Positions 40,775 through 51,742 of a DNA stretch of 64,000 nucleotides are shown here, piece by piece. The notes beneath the pieces are model-generated. The model saw only the letters and a program-made list of their open reading frames with translations. It did not search any database and was not told where the DNA came from. The first letter of the stretch is position 1, and each line of letters starts with the position of its first letter. Source of the DNA: an uncultured Methanosarcinaceae archaeon (GTDB lineage Archaea > Halobacteriota > Methanosarcinia > Methanosarcinales > Methanosarcinaceae); NCBI GenBank assembly GCA_963721455.1, contig CAVRJG010000033.1:1-64000 (forward strand), in the 5' to 3' direction. The position numbers and the translations under genes are program-made.

Positions 40775-41386
40775 TCAAACACCATTTATATCGTCTAAGT
40801 AAGCTACATTATGGCATAACTTATTAATCAGATTTTTTTCATGGCTTACAACTAATACCCCAATATTCAGCTCTTCGACTATATCTAAAACTATATTCCA
40901 GATTTGAGCTTGAGTAATAGCATCTACCATTGTAGTTATTTCATCAGCTATTAAGAACTTAGTTTCAGGGCTTAAAGCTCGTGCAAGGGCGAATCTTTGA
41001 AGCTCCCCTCCGGAAAGCTCATTGGGCCACCGATTAAGCCAGCTCTTTTTAATTCCAAATGAATCTAAAATGTCCTGTGAAACAAGATGTCCTTCATTTA
41101 AAATATCTTTCATTTTCCATTTGGGATTTACAGCTTTTTCCGGGTGTTGAAAGACAAGCTGAACCGGATTATAGCCTTTTGACGGAATCTCTTTTCCGTC
41201 GAGAGTTACCTTTCCCTGATACTTATTTTCGTAGCCAGCTAATATCTTACAGAGAGTTGATTTTCCGCTTCCACTATCCCCAATCAGGCCTAATACCTCA
41301 CCACTACCTAAAGAAATATTAACATCCTTTAAAATCAAATTATTTCCATTATATCCGAAACTTATGTTCTCACCTTTAAGACGCAT
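40775..41386 (-). CDS. ABC ATP-binding subunit (Ni/peptide, NikE/OppF-like)
   Basis: GDSGSGKST, LSGGE. Confidence 0.93.
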   Translation of the reverse strand: MRLKGENISFGYNGNNLILKDVNISLGSGEVLGLIGDSGSGKSTLCKILAGYENKYQGKVTLDGKEIPSKGYNPVQLVFQHPEKAVNPKWKMKDILNEGHLVSQDILDSFGIKKSWLNRWPNELSGGELQRFALARALSPETKFLIADEITTMVDAITQAQIWNIVLDIVEELNIGVLVVSHEKNLINKLCHNVAYLDDINGV

Positions 41387-42389
41387 TATTGCACCTCACC
41401 TCTCCTCCGTTGACCTTTTTTAATTGGGGAATACCCTGAGAACAGAGAGCTTTCTTTTTAGAGCATCTTTCATAAAAGATACATCCATCAATCACTTCAT
41501 CCTGCATTGGTTGATGACCTTTAATTGCCTGGAATTTGTTCTGGGGAAGGGCATTCCAGAGTGCGCGGGTGTATGGGTGCCTTAAATTCTCGCCATTATT
41601 TTTAAAATCTTCAACATTCGCTACTTCTAAAACCGTACCTGCGTAGAATACTGCAATTTTATGAGAGATTTTTAATGCAGCCTCTATATCATGAGTAATA
41701 AGTATCACTGCACATCCCTTATCTGCCATGTCTTTGAAGTAACTTAAAGTCTCATTCAACGTTTTTTCATCTAACCCCGGGGTCGGTTCATCCGCAATTA
41801 TGAGCTTTGAAGAGCTTATTACGGCAGTGGAAACCAGAACTCTCCGGGCCATGCCCCCTGATAGCTCATGAGGGAGCATTCTTTCAACACCCGGTTTTAA
41901 ATCGTATCTCCGAAAAATTTCACTCTGGAGTTTCTTCATTAATCCTTTATTTTTCTCTTCAACATCTCCTATCACCTGATTTGAAATTCTCATTAAAGGA
42001 TCAAGGTAGGTTATAGATTGAGGGATAAGGGCTATTTCTTTGCCTCTCAATTCTTCTTTTTTCTCCTGAGTAAGTATCTGGCCATTATATTCCATCTTAC
42101 CCTCGAGTTTTGAGTTTGAAGGTAGAATTCCTAAAATAGCATGTGCCAGAAGACTTTTACCGGACCCGCTTGACCCTACGACAGCCAGAATCTCGCCTTT
42201 ATAAGCCTGTATACTCAAATTAGAAATCACTTTTAACTCGGTTTGTCTAAGTCCTGAAGCATATTGAATGAACGAAAGTGAGATATCTTCTACTTTTAAT
42301 AGAGCTTCAGCTTTTTTCTTTTCTCCAGCAATTGTTTCAAGTCCGATGATTGACGCTTTTTTAGTATTTATTTCAGCTTTATTTCCCAT
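41376..42389 (-). CDS. ABC ATP-binding subunit (NikD/OppD-like)
   Basis: GSSGSGKS, LSGGM, HPYTRAL. Confidence 0.93.
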   Translation of the reverse strand: MGNKAEINTKKASIIGLETIAGEKKKAEALLKVEDISLSFIQYASGLRQTELKVISNLSIQAYKGEILAVVGSSGSGKSLLAHAILGILPSNSKLEGKMEYNGQILTQEKKEELRGKEIALIPQSITYLDPLMRISNQVIGDVEEKNKGLMKKLQSEIFRRYDLKPGVERMLPHELSGGMARRVLVSTAVISSSKLIIADEPTPGLDEKTLNETLSYFKDMADKGCAVILITHDIEAALKISHKIAVFYAGTVLEVANVEDFKNNGENLRHPYTRALWNALPQNKFQAIKGHQPMQDEVIDGCIFYERCSKKKALCSQGIPQLKKVNGGEVRCNNAS

Positions 42390-42419
42390 ATTCCACACCA
42401 TCTAAATATAAATTTAACA

Positions 42420-42531
42420 TATTTTTATCCAATGCATTTTTTATCCAATACATTTTGATCCAGCACATTTTGATTTAACACATTTTGATTTAACACATTT
42501 TGATTTAACACATTTTGATTTAACACATTTT
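42420..42531. repeat. 15-bp tandem repeat CACATTTTGATTTAA x~7 inside the operon
   Basis: Direct reading; degenerate copies at the left. Confidence 0.85.
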
Positions 42532-42598
42532 TGAAGCCGGTTTCTGCTGCAAAAGATAGCTATTGGACAAAGAGTTTCTTCACAATACCGGATGAGAT

Positions 42599-43456
42599 TT
42601 ATTCATGAGCATTTTTTGGATTCATCAACTTTCCTAAATTTTCTCCAATCACATCAAATGCCAGGACTACAATTAACAGTGATAATCCTGGAAAGAAGGC
42701 AAGCCACCAGTATCCTGCTGAGAGGTACCTCATAGACTCTGATAGAATTATACCGATTGCCGGTTCGTGTGGTGAAAGTCCGAAACCCAGGAACGTGACT
42801 GAAGCTTCATGTAAAATGGCATGTGGGAACATTAAAATCGTACCCAACAATATCTGGGGAACCAGATGAGGCAGAATATGTTTCGTAGCTATCCACCATT
42901 TTGACCTGCCAAGGTTTCTGGAGATGTGGATATAGTCCTGGGTTTTCAGCTGCTTGATCTCTGCTCTTACAATCCTTGTTAAGCTTGGCCAATGAGTTAA
43001 TGCAACTCCGACGATAACTCCTGTTTCTCCTCCCCCGAATCCTATGGAAATAAGAATTATTAAAAGAAGATGCGGAATTGAAAGAAATATATCTACCAGC
43101 CAGGATACAAAGGAATCTGCGGTCTTCCCTGCACTTGAAAGTAAGCCTAAAATTATGGTCAGTACAGTACTAATTGTGGAAGCTAAAGCTCCAACTACTA
43201 TACTTAAACCCAGTCCCTCCAGAGTTCTTATATACATGTCTCTTCCCATCCAATCTGTCCCAAACGGATGTTCCAGGGAAGGAGCAAGGTTTTTAGAGCC
43301 AAAATTGGTCTGTAATGATTCCCCGCCTAAAAACACGCTGGAAATCACAATTGTAAATAATAAAAGTGACGTGAAACCTATTATTAAAAGAGTCTTCTGT
43401 CTTAGATTTAGTCCTCTGAATAATCCTCTGTTAACTGTTACAACAGCAGTACTCAT
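42599..43456 (-). CDS. ABC permease (NikC/OppC-like)
   Basis: HPFGTDWMGRD, multiple TM helices. Confidence 0.93.
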   Translation of the reverse strand: MSTAVVTVNRGLFRGLNLRQKTLLIIGFTSLLLFTIVISSVFLGGESLQTNFGSKNLAPSLEHPFGTDWMGRDMYIRTLEGLGLSIVVGALASTISTVLTIILGLLSSAGKTADSFVSWLVDIFLSIPHLLLIILISIGFGGGETGVIVGVALTHWPSLTRIVRAEIKQLKTQDYIHISRNLGRSKWWIATKHILPHLVPQILLGTILMFPHAILHEASVTFLGFGLSPHEPAIGIILSESMRYLSAGYWWLAFFPGLSLLIVVLAFDVIGENLGKLMNPKNAHE

Positions 43457-44445
43457 ATTGATGCCTCCTGTTGCTTTATCCTCGGATCAACGAATTCATA
43501 GATAATATCAGCAATTAAATTTCCAAAGAAAACAAATAAAGCACTGAAGATAACTATTCCTAAAAGCAGCGGTACATCAGATCTCAATCCTGCTGCTACT
43601 GCAGCCTGTCCAATTCCAGGATATGAGAATACCTGTTCAACCAGAACTGTTCCTCCAAACAATTCACTGAATCCTAAAAATTGCAGGGTAATGGCCGGAA
43701 GCGCAACATTTCGAATTCCATGCCTCAATACCAGATCTAATCCTTTTTCACCTCTTGCTTTTGCAAATAATACATAATCACTGGATAGGACTTCTATTAG
43801 TTTTTCTCGAGTGAACATCGCAATTTTGGCAACGTCTAATAAACTCAAAGTAAGTGCAGGGAGAATTAAACGCTGAAACCAATCAAAAAACGTCACATTG
43901 TCGGCTGTGACCCCTATAGGTACACTCAATCCTATCGGGAACCACCCCAAATAGACTGAAAAGACCATCAGAAGAATCAGTGCCAGCCAGAACGTCGGTG
44001 CGGCAGCTAAAGCGTAACAATAAGTTTTTATTGCCTTATCTACCCACGTTCCTTGCTTCATGCCCGCTATTATTCCTAAAATAAAACCTAGAATTCCTGA
44101 AAACAGCCATGAAACCCCCATCAGAACAAGGGAAGCTGCAAATCGTTCTTTAATAACATCAATAACTGGAATTCTATAAATCAATGAAGTCCCAAAGTCT
44201 CCTTTAAGAATATCTCCAGCCCAATTCAGGAATTTGTCCTGCGGAGGCGTGTTAACCCCCCAGTACTCTTCAAGTTTAGCTTTGTGCTCTTCGGTTACTG
44301 GCATTTCCCCGATATAAGCTCTAACAGGATCAATAGGCGAATATTGAATAAGCATGAAACTTGCAAAACAAACTACAATCAAAAGGCTTGTCAACCTGAA
44401 GGTCTTTTTTCCTATGAAGCCCGCTATTTTTTCATTGTTTGACAT
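43453..44445 (-). CDS. ABC permease (NikB/OppB-like)
   Basis: GDFGTS, AKARG, VEQVFSYPGIG. Confidence 0.93.
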   Translation of the reverse strand: MSNNEKIAGFIGKKTFRLTSLLIVVCFASFMLIQYSPIDPVRAYIGEMPVTEEHKAKLEEYWGVNTPPQDKFLNWAGDILKGDFGTSLIYRIPVIDVIKERFAASLVLMGVSWLFSGILGFILGIIAGMKQGTWVDKAIKTYCYALAAAPTFWLALILLMVFSVYLGWFPIGLSVPIGVTADNVTFFDWFQRLILPALTLSLLDVAKIAMFTREKLIEVLSSDYVLFAKARGEKGLDLVLRHGIRNVALPAITLQFLGFSELFGGTVLVEQVFSYPGIGQAAVAAGLRSDVPLLLGIVIFSALFVFFGNLIADIIYEFVDPRIKQQEASI

Positions 44446-44712
44446 GCTACTCCCTCGTACATTAATTATTTTACAATGACATCCCTTTTAACGTGACTAC
44501 AGGTCTATGAACGATTTTTCAGGAATTTTGAGGAGCTCTCGTACTGTTTTAAGCCAGAATAAGATCAAATCTGGCAAAATAGACGTTTTATCACCTTTTC
44601 AAATCAGCCCCATCAAATTCCAGCTTTGAAATAAAAAGAAAGGTAAAAATGAGTGATACCTGTAACATTAGAGTTACAGGATCAGTTACTCATTAATTAC
44701 AGGATCAATTAC

Positions 44713-46401
44713 TCATTTCGAAGTCGAGCTGGCTGCGTTTACTCTTTTCCATTCATAGATATTTCCTAAAATATCTGATCCTGCGTTTCTTTGTGGAGTC
44801 CCCATATCCAGGGTTTCATCCGCCATATAAAGGTAATCAATTGTCACCAGCCATAACCAGGTCGCATCTCCTGCAGGCCCGTAACCGGTATTTCCATCAT
44901 ATGCAGCCAGTTGCCAGTATTTTGTAGCCAGGTCCTGATCCGTAGACCTTAGAGCTGCTTCCAAATATCCATCTACAACAGGATTATTGTAAAGACCGGG
45001 ATTTTTGTATGTATCATCGGCTGCTTTGCTGTGGTACTGCATATATAAATTAAATGTGTCTATACTGCTGTAAGCGTATAAAATGGCGGAACTGTATTGA
45101 TTAGCATATATTTCGTCCCAGTTTGCGCCTACAAGGTCTATTTTTATACCTAATTCTCTGGCCTGTGCGCTTACCGCTACTGATAGAGCTTGCCTTGTCT
45201 GATCTGTGGAAGAATAGTATAGCTTAAATTCTGCTTTAGTCCCGTTCTTTTCCCGGATCCCATCGCCGTCAGTGTCTTTCCAGCCTGCGTTTTCTAATAT
45301 CTTTCTGGCTTCTTCGACATTTGAATCCCTGAGTCTGGCTTCAGGGTTTCCAAAGTCCCGCTGGTCTACTCCAGTGTATTCTACGTCTCCTTTTCCGTAT
45401 ATTACTCCTTCAAGCAGGGCTTCTCTGTCGATACCGAGGTTTAAGGCTTTTCGAATCGCTATATCTGCTGTGACATTATTGCCTATCGGATCTCCCTTAA
45501 GACTTTTTTCACCAGTATTATTCTGCATAGGGAAGGAAACTCCCTGAGCTCTTGCTGCCGGAAGAGCTACTAACTTATACCCATCTACAGTCTGGTTTGC
45601 ATAGCTAATTTCGATCTCAGCTACGTCCACATCCCCGGATTTTGCAGCTGCAAACGCAGTATCTTTATCTAAAAATAGCATGGTTATTTTTTTGAAGTAC
45701 GGCTTTTTTCCATAGTAGTCTTCGTTTAATTCGAATATTGCCTGCTGCCCCTTATCCCATTGTACGAATTTATATGGCCCTGATCCGATTGGATTGAATC
45801 CGTAGGATTCTTTTTTGTATGCATGTTCTGGCACAATCCCAACGTATCTGAGTCTCCATATGAAACTGGATTGAGGTTCTTTTAATTCGAATTTAACTGC
45901 AGTGTTGTTTATTGCCGTAGCTTTTTCGAGATTACTCATATCCAGCTCGGAATCACTTCCAATTGCCGTATTAAACGTAAATGCCACGTCTTCTGCTGTT
46001 AATTTATCACCGTCTGTGAACCTGACGTCGTCTCTTATATTCACAGTCCATACTTTTCCATCCGAACTAACCGAATAATTCGTAGCAAGGTCATTTATTA
46101 TGCTTCCATCGTCAGCTGATTTAAAAAGAGTACTCTGTACCAGTGGCTCGAAATTCACATGACCGCAACCCCATCCAAGAAGTGGGTCAAATCCGGTTTT
46201 CGGTTCACCTGTGTGCGAATATACATTCACCACCAATTCATCAGATCCCTGAGAAACTAATTCATCCGAACCCTCGGAAACTGATTCACCAGAAACCTGG
46301 AATGTCGAGCTGACTGGTTTATCCGCTGACGTTAAAATAAAAATAACCGCTATAATTATGACTACTGTCCCTACCAGTAGATACTGTTGATTTTTCTTAA
46401 T
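44713..46401 (-). CDS. ABC substrate-binding protein (family 5), probable ATT start
   Basis: PIGSGPY; open frame extends 55 codons above the ORF-track start to an ATT after GGAGG. Confidence 0.9.
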   Translation of the reverse strand: MKKNQQYLLVGTVVIIIAVIFILTSADKPVSSTFQVSGESVSEGSDELVSQGSDELVVNVYSHTGEPKTGFDPLLGWGCGHVNFEPLVQSTLFKSADDGSIINDLATNYSVSSDGKVWTVNIRDDVRFTDGDKLTAEDVAFTFNTAIGSDSELDMSNLEKATAINNTAVKFELKEPQSSFIWRLRYVGIVPEHAYKKESYGFNPIGSGPYKFVQWDKGQQAIFELNEDYYGKKPYFKKITMLFLDKDTAFAAAKSGDVDVAEIEISYANQTVDGYKLVALPAARAQGVSFPMQNNTGEKSLKGDPIGNNVTADIAIRKALNLGIDREALLEGVIYGKGDVEYTGVDQRDFGNPEARLRDSNVEEARKILENAGWKDTDGDGIREKNGTKAEFKLYYSSTDQTRQALSVAVSAQARELGIKIDLVGANWDEIYANQYSSAILYAYSSIDTFNLYMQYHSKAADDTYKNPGLYNNPVVDGYLEAALRSTDQDLATKYWQLAAYDGNTGYGPAGDATWLWLVTIDYLYMADETLDMGTPQRNAGSDILGNIYEWKRVNAASSTSK

Positions 46402-46796
46402 TTAGACACCTCCTCTATTTTTACCAGAGTCCTGAACATTTAAGCAGGAATTGAACTATTAAGCAAGGATTTTTAACTGTTACAGATGATTCGGGAAGTC
46501 CTCTCTAAATAATATTTTTCTGGCTAAAGATGACAATAAAATGTTACTTTTTACAACAAAAGTAAGACAACTTAATTAAAACAATTTTACTATAAATACA
46601 TTCCGAAATGTATGTGTTACTAAGCTCTTAGTTTTAAGTAATTTAGTATTACTAAATAGGAATTCCAGTCGTTTTTCTGTATCTGTAAGTGATTGAAACA
46701 TTGAATACTGAAAAATAAGTTTAGATTCTGGCGATCCCAAAAGATATCGAAAGAATTATTACAATAAGCCCCTCACGAGCTTAGGAATTTACAGAA

Positions 46797-46880
46797 AGGG
46801 ATATCAGTAATCTAAAGATTGGAGAAGGATATCAGTAATCTAAAGATTGAGAAAAAAAATAGCAATCTAAAGATTGAGAA
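46797..46880. repeat. ~29-bp tandem repeat (GGATATCAGTAATCTAAAGATTG) x3
   Basis: Direct reading; third copy degenerate. Confidence 0.7.
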
Positions 46881-46993
46881 ATATAGATTCTAAGCAAATT
46901 CGCCAAAAAATAGTCACACTGAGGAGTCTTGCATCCTCAGCTTTACTAAAAAATATTCAAGAACAGTTCCGTTACTGAAAGTCAGTTTGCAGT

Positions 46994-48655
46994 TTAATTC
47001 GTTGTGCGTTTCCATTCCAGGATATTACCAAAGATATCTGCACCGTGAGGCTGTATTTTGGGAGTCCCAATATCTAAATCCTCATCCAGAATGTACAGAT
47101 AATCAACAGATGCCAGCCACAGCCATGTGGCATCTCCTTTTGCAGAAAATCCCGTTGTTCCGTCCCAGGCAGCCAGTTGCCAGTTATTATTAGCAGTATC
47201 TGGATCAACACTGGTTATGGCTGTCCTTAAATAATTATCCACGACAGAATTGTTGTACATTATTATGTTGTTGTAGCTTGAAGGATTGTAGCTTTTACTG
47301 TAGTATTTCAGGTATAAGTCAGTTGGATCAAGCGAACCGAAACCGAAAACTATCGGAGTTGAATGTGCAAGGGTGTCAATCTCATTCCAGCTCTTACCCT
47401 CGAGTTTAATGTTTATGCCCAGTTTTCGGGCTTCCTCGCTCAATGCAACGGCTAATGCCTGCCTTTCCTGTGCATTTGAATAATATAATAAAGTAAATTC
47501 TGCTTTCAACCCATTCTTTTCAAGGATGCCGTCGCCGTCCGTATCTTTCCAGCCTCCGTCAGCTAAAATCTTCCTGGCTTCATCTACTTTTCCATCTTCA
47601 AAAATAGCTTCCTTATTTCCGAACGGTAATTTGTCCACACCCGTAAATTCCTCTTCACCCTGCCCGTTTAATGCCCCATTGATTAAGGCTTGCCTGTCTA
47701 TTCCAATGTTCAAGGCTTTTCTTATCGCAGGATCGGAAGTTACATTGTTCCCGATTGAATAGCCGTTTTCCGTTTTCCTGCCTGTGTCGGGCTGCATGGG
47801 GAAGCTTATTCCCCGGGCGTCGATGGAATCAAGGGATACTATTTTCATTCCATCTACTTTCTCATTAGCATAGGAAGAAGGAATTTCGGCCAGATCAACC
47901 TGCCCTGACTTCGCTGCCGCAAAAGCCATGTCTGATTGCATGAAGAGTAAAGTTAGTTTTTTAAAGTACGGTTTCTGGCCATAATAATCCGGATTTGCTT
48001 CAAAGATCGCCTGCTGGCCTTTATTCCACTGTACAAACCTGTACGGGCCCGACCCAATCGGATTTTCCCCGTAAGTCTCGTCGTAAGCATGCTCTGGCAC
48101 AATCCCGATCACTGCAAGCTTGTTGATGAAGGTCGCCTGCGGATCGTTTAATTTGAATTCAACCGTATAATTATCGAGGGCTACAGAATTTTCCAGCACG
48201 GAGAGATCCACTCCACTCGAATTTGCCGCTGTGTTAAATGTGAATGCTACATCCCTGGCCATTAAAGGCACCCCGTCATGGAATTTAACGTCATCTCTTA
48301 TATTAACAGTCCATGTCAACCCATCCTCACTAACAGAATAACCTGTCGCTAAATCATGGACCAGAGACCCATTACTATCCTTTTTAAAGAGGGTACTTTG
48401 AACCAGTGGTTCGCGATTGTAGCCCCATCCGGTAATCGGGTTAAAACCGGTTTCCGGCTCTCCGCCGTGGGTCCCCACTGCTGCGACCAGCTCGTCCGAA
48501 CCCTGCGAAATTAATTCATCCGAGCCCCCGGAAACTGATTCATAAGAAACCTGGGAAGCCGGGCTGACGGGCTCACCAGCCGGCATAAAAACAAAAGCAG
48601 CCGCGAGAATTATGGCTACCATCCCTATTAAAAAATATTGCTGGTTTTTCTTAAT
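46994..48655 (-). CDS. ABC substrate-binding protein paralogue, probable ATT start
   Basis: Paralogous to 44713-46401 with the same GGAGG..TAA-ATT-AAG-AAA start context. Confidence 0.9.
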   Translation of the reverse strand: MKKNQQYFLIGMVAIILAAAFVFMPAGEPVSPASQVSYESVSGGSDELISQGSDELVAAVGTHGGEPETGFNPITGWGYNREPLVQSTLFKKDSNGSLVHDLATGYSVSEDGLTWTVNIRDDVKFHDGVPLMARDVAFTFNTAANSSGVDLSVLENSVALDNYTVEFKLNDPQATFINKLAVIGIVPEHAYDETYGENPIGSGPYRFVQWNKGQQAIFEANPDYYGQKPYFKKLTLLFMQSDMAFAAAKSGQVDLAEIPSSYANEKVDGMKIVSLDSIDARGISFPMQPDTGRKTENGYSIGNNVTSDPAIRKALNIGIDRQALINGALNGQGEEEFTGVDKLPFGNKEAIFEDGKVDEARKILADGGWKDTDGDGILEKNGLKAEFTLLYYSNAQERQALAVALSEEARKLGINIKLEGKSWNEIDTLAHSTPIVFGFGSLDPTDLYLKYYSKSYNPSSYNNIIMYNNSVVDNYLRTAITSVDPDTANNNWQLAAWDGTTGFSAKGDATWLWLASVDYLYILDEDLDIGTPKIQPHGADIFGNILEWKRTTN

Positions 48656-48957
48656 TTAAACTCCTCCTTTCTTTTAATTAAATTGAGTTATTGCAATAGT
48701 ATTACCTTACCAGTAGTATTTTCAATAATTTTTAACCCATTTAAATAACACTTTTTTTGATAGCAATATACCTAAAATGTTACTTATTAGGCAAGAGTTA
48801 AGATAAATTAAACTAAAACCATTTTGTTATAAATACTTTCCTAAATATAGGTAATACTAAATTAGTCATTTTATAGAATTTAGTAATACGAGAGGTGAGT
48901 GTTATTACTTTTGTGGAGTTTAGGATTGATTGCAGCCACCAGATGTCGAAAATAAGT

Positions 48958-49140
48958 CTAGTGCATCGATTTCAAATTATGAAAATAAAATCGGACTTTG
49001 AAATCAACACCAGTCAATGAGTTTCCCATAAAAAACTACAAATGGACACGGATAAACACGAATTGAAAACATCTGTATTCATCTGTGTTCATCTGTGTTT
49101 ATCCGTGGTTTATTGAGGATATATGGAATCGATGCACCAG
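48958..49140. mobile_element. MITE with the same ends as the IS630 at 26467
   Basis: CTAGTGCATCGATT ... AATCGATGCACCAG, 183 bp, no ORF. Confidence 0.8.
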
Positions 49141-49170
49141 ATTTGGAAAAACTACAAAAATAGCAAAAGG

Positions 49171-49278
49171 CATCATTACGTTAAATCGCTCAAACAAGGA
49201 TTGAAACAAAGTGTAGCATGAAAGGAAATTAGTAAGGTAGGATTCGTGAGCAAAATCCACTAAAACCAGGATTGAAAT
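49171..49278 (+). CRISPR. Degenerate CRISPR remnant 1 (2 repeats, 34-bp spacer)
   Basis: ...AAACAAGGATTGAAAC ending 49207; ATTCGTGAGCAAAATCCACTAAAACCAGGATTGAAAT at 49242-49278. Confidence 0.7.
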
Positions 49279-49573
49279 ACTGGAGATACAAACTCAACAG
49301 CTCCCGCAAAAGTTGCGAAAAGGCCAGGATTCCAGCCAACGCCACTTTGAATTACGCGGAACAAGCTGGCACTGCAAGCCCGGATACAATTAAACTGAAA
49401 AACGAAAGCTTACGAACAAATTCCGATCTTTCACTTCTAAAGATAAAAAATAGAAAAGCTTTATGAAAAGAAAGCGTTTTTATTTTGCATTTTCAATGCT
49501 TAATCAATTACCGATCATAAATCGTAGCAATTTTTCAGTTGGGAATAAATCGTTATTCCCACTTCTTATGATC

Positions 49574-49972
49574 TTATTCCGTAGTCACTCCGTCGAACTC
49601 CGCTTCATTGGCTTCGGCTTCTTCCTTCGTGGCGCGCACGATTCCATCCTTGTGATGCGCCGGCGAATAGATCGTATAGAGTTTCAGATCATCCGTTTCC
49701 GAAGTGTTGATGACATTGTGCTGGGCGCCGGCCGGTACCACCACCGCAACTCCGTCACCGAGTTCATGTTCGTTGCCGTCAATTATGCACTTCCCCTGCC
49801 CTTTCTCAAAACGGAAAAACTGATCGTTTTCCTCATGCACTTCCATCCCGATTTCTTCCCCGGGCTTGAGGCTCATAAGTACCAATTGGCTGTGCTTTGA
49901 AGTATAGAGCACCTTGCGAAAATTGCCATTTTCCAAAGTGGCGTCTTCGATATTAATAGAAAATCCTTTCAT
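49574..49972 (-). CDS. Cupin domain protein
   Basis: FRKVLYT, EIGMEVH..DQFF, HNVIN. Confidence 0.92.
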   Translation of the reverse strand: MKGFSINIEDATLENGNFRKVLYTSKHSQLVLMSLKPGEEIGMEVHEENDQFFRFEKGQGKCIIDGNEHELGDGVAVVVPAGAQHNVINTSETDDLKLYTIYSPAHHKDGIVRATKEEAEANEAEFDGVTTE

Positions 49973-50007
49973 ATGCTTTTAATTAATAATTAATAGTATA
50001 TAAAAAT

Positions 50008-50120
50008 ATAAGAGGGCAAGATCCAATAAAACAAGGATTGAAACTATCAGAATTTGAGAAGCTGAGGCACCCATCGAAAAAACATTCGCAAGCAAGATCC
50101 TCTAAAACAGGGATTGAAAC
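50008..50120 (+). CRISPR. Degenerate CRISPR remnant 2 (2 x 37-bp repeats, 39-bp spacer)
   Basis: Repeats 50008-50044 and 50084-50120 ending GGATTGAAAC. Confidence 0.8.
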
Positions 50121-50343
50121 GGTGTTTTTAATGTATATATAGAGATCAGAAGACATCGTTTATAGGAACGTAAAAATTAGTGAAGTACTGAAATTGTTTC
50201 AGGGAAAATATAAAAAATGGAAAAATTATGAATAGATAACAGAACTTTTGAATAACTGATATAAAAATAACTATTCAAGCCCTATTACTTTTTCACAAAT
50301 TTTTCACTTAACTGTGCTCTTCTTTAATATTTACTTCCAATTT

Positions 50344-51618
50344 TTATTTTGATTCACCGACAGTTATCGAATACCCAAAAGATTCCGCATTTTTAGGCAT
50401 AATTGAGAGTTCCCAATTTCCAGTTGCTCCCTTAACGGTATAAGTTTCTACATAGTGCGTGCCGTAATTTTGATAAATTGTGTTATTATCCATTGACCAT
50501 GTCGGGAAATAGTATCCTCCTGTATTGACATTCATGCTTTGGGTTGTTTTTGTAAGAGACATCTTAACAGGGTTAGAATTGGATTTCAGGTTCACATTAA
50601 AAGATGGTTCTCCTATTTTAGGTGAAATACGCAGTCCCATAGTCTGGTCGTAATAATCAGTTGAAACTTCAATCGTTATTGGGTCATTACTCGTGGTGTT
50701 GAAGGTTTTCACATAAGGAACTGTAGGCCGTTGCACAGCTGTGAAGTACAGCTCTATTTGCGGGCTAGATCCGTCATTAGCTTTTCCATCAACATTCATT
50801 TTGATGTACCCATTGTACGATCCTGTCGCATTTTCCGGAACAGGCACCTTAATGGTCATGCTAGCAATTTCACCTGCTTTTATAACTGAAGGGGCAGAGA
50901 TGACTATTGCATCATCGCTGAAAGCAAATGTATTAGATGAACCAGCATACTCGTAGCTGGTAGCTTTAGGATCAATGGTGATATCTTTGTCTGCTACATT
51001 TCTAATTTTTATGTTGTACTCATATTCTTGTCCTGCCTCAACGGTATCAGAGATATAACTTGTCTGAAGCTCGATTTTCGGACTGGCCTGGACTGAGATA
51101 TCAAGTATCATTGAATTGACATATCCTGTGGAATCTGGCAGAAGATCATCTGTGAAGGCTATAGCTGTTTGATAGGATGTGCTTTCTGCATCCTCGGGGA
51201 CATTTACTTCAACTGTAAATTCTTGTAATGCACCTGATTCTACTGTTGCGTTTGTTGGAGAGATAGTGATCCAGCTTTCGTTAAAGTTGTCACTGGTGTA
51301 AACGGTATCTACAAGTTTTGGCGTTACATTAAGTGTTTCATTACCTTCATTCTTGAAACTAACAGTAAACTTTTCGCTATTTCCCGATATTAGATATGTA
51401 GAATAATAAGTCGGATATATGGTATGTACTGTGACATTTTCACCACTTATATCGTCATCAGTTACATTTTCATAAGTTCCATTTTCGCAAGTAACATTTC
51501 CAAAAGTTGACTCTTTGTCAGAATTTCCAGGTTGAGCACACGCAGCCTGTATTAATACCAGGCAAAGCAGCATCCCTAACAACCGGGGTATTACCTTTAC
51601 TCTATTATTTTTGTTCAT
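50344..51618 (-). CDS. Secreted Ig-like/cell-surface protein
   Basis: Signal peptide; T/S/N-rich beta repeats. Confidence 0.85.
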   Translation of the reverse strand: MNKNNRVKVIPRLLGMLLCLVLIQAACAQPGNSDKESTFGNVTCENGTYENVTDDDISGENVTVHTIYPTYYSTYLISGNSEKFTVSFKNEGNETLNVTPKLVDTVYTSDNFNESWITISPTNATVESGALQEFTVEVNVPEDAESTSYQTAIAFTDDLLPDSTGYVNSMILDISVQASPKIELQTSYISDTVEAGQEYEYNIKIRNVADKDITIDPKATSYEYAGSSNTFAFSDDAIVISAPSVIKAGEIASMTIKVPVPENATGSYNGYIKMNVDGKANDGSSPQIELYFTAVQRPTVPYVKTFNTTSNDPITIEVSTDYYDQTMGLRISPKIGEPSFNVNLKSNSNPVKMSLTKTTQSMNVNTGGYYFPTWSMDNNTIYQNYGTHYVETYTVKGATGNWELSIMPKNAESFGYSITVGESK

Positions 51619-51742
51619 ATTTCTGGCTCCATTAATTTATCAAGAAAACAACCGTTTTAACTTCTTCGCAGGGCTTTCAAGCATCTGCACAGTTACTGTA
51701 TTACATGGGGGTTACATCGTTAAACTGGAAATTCAACAGCAT

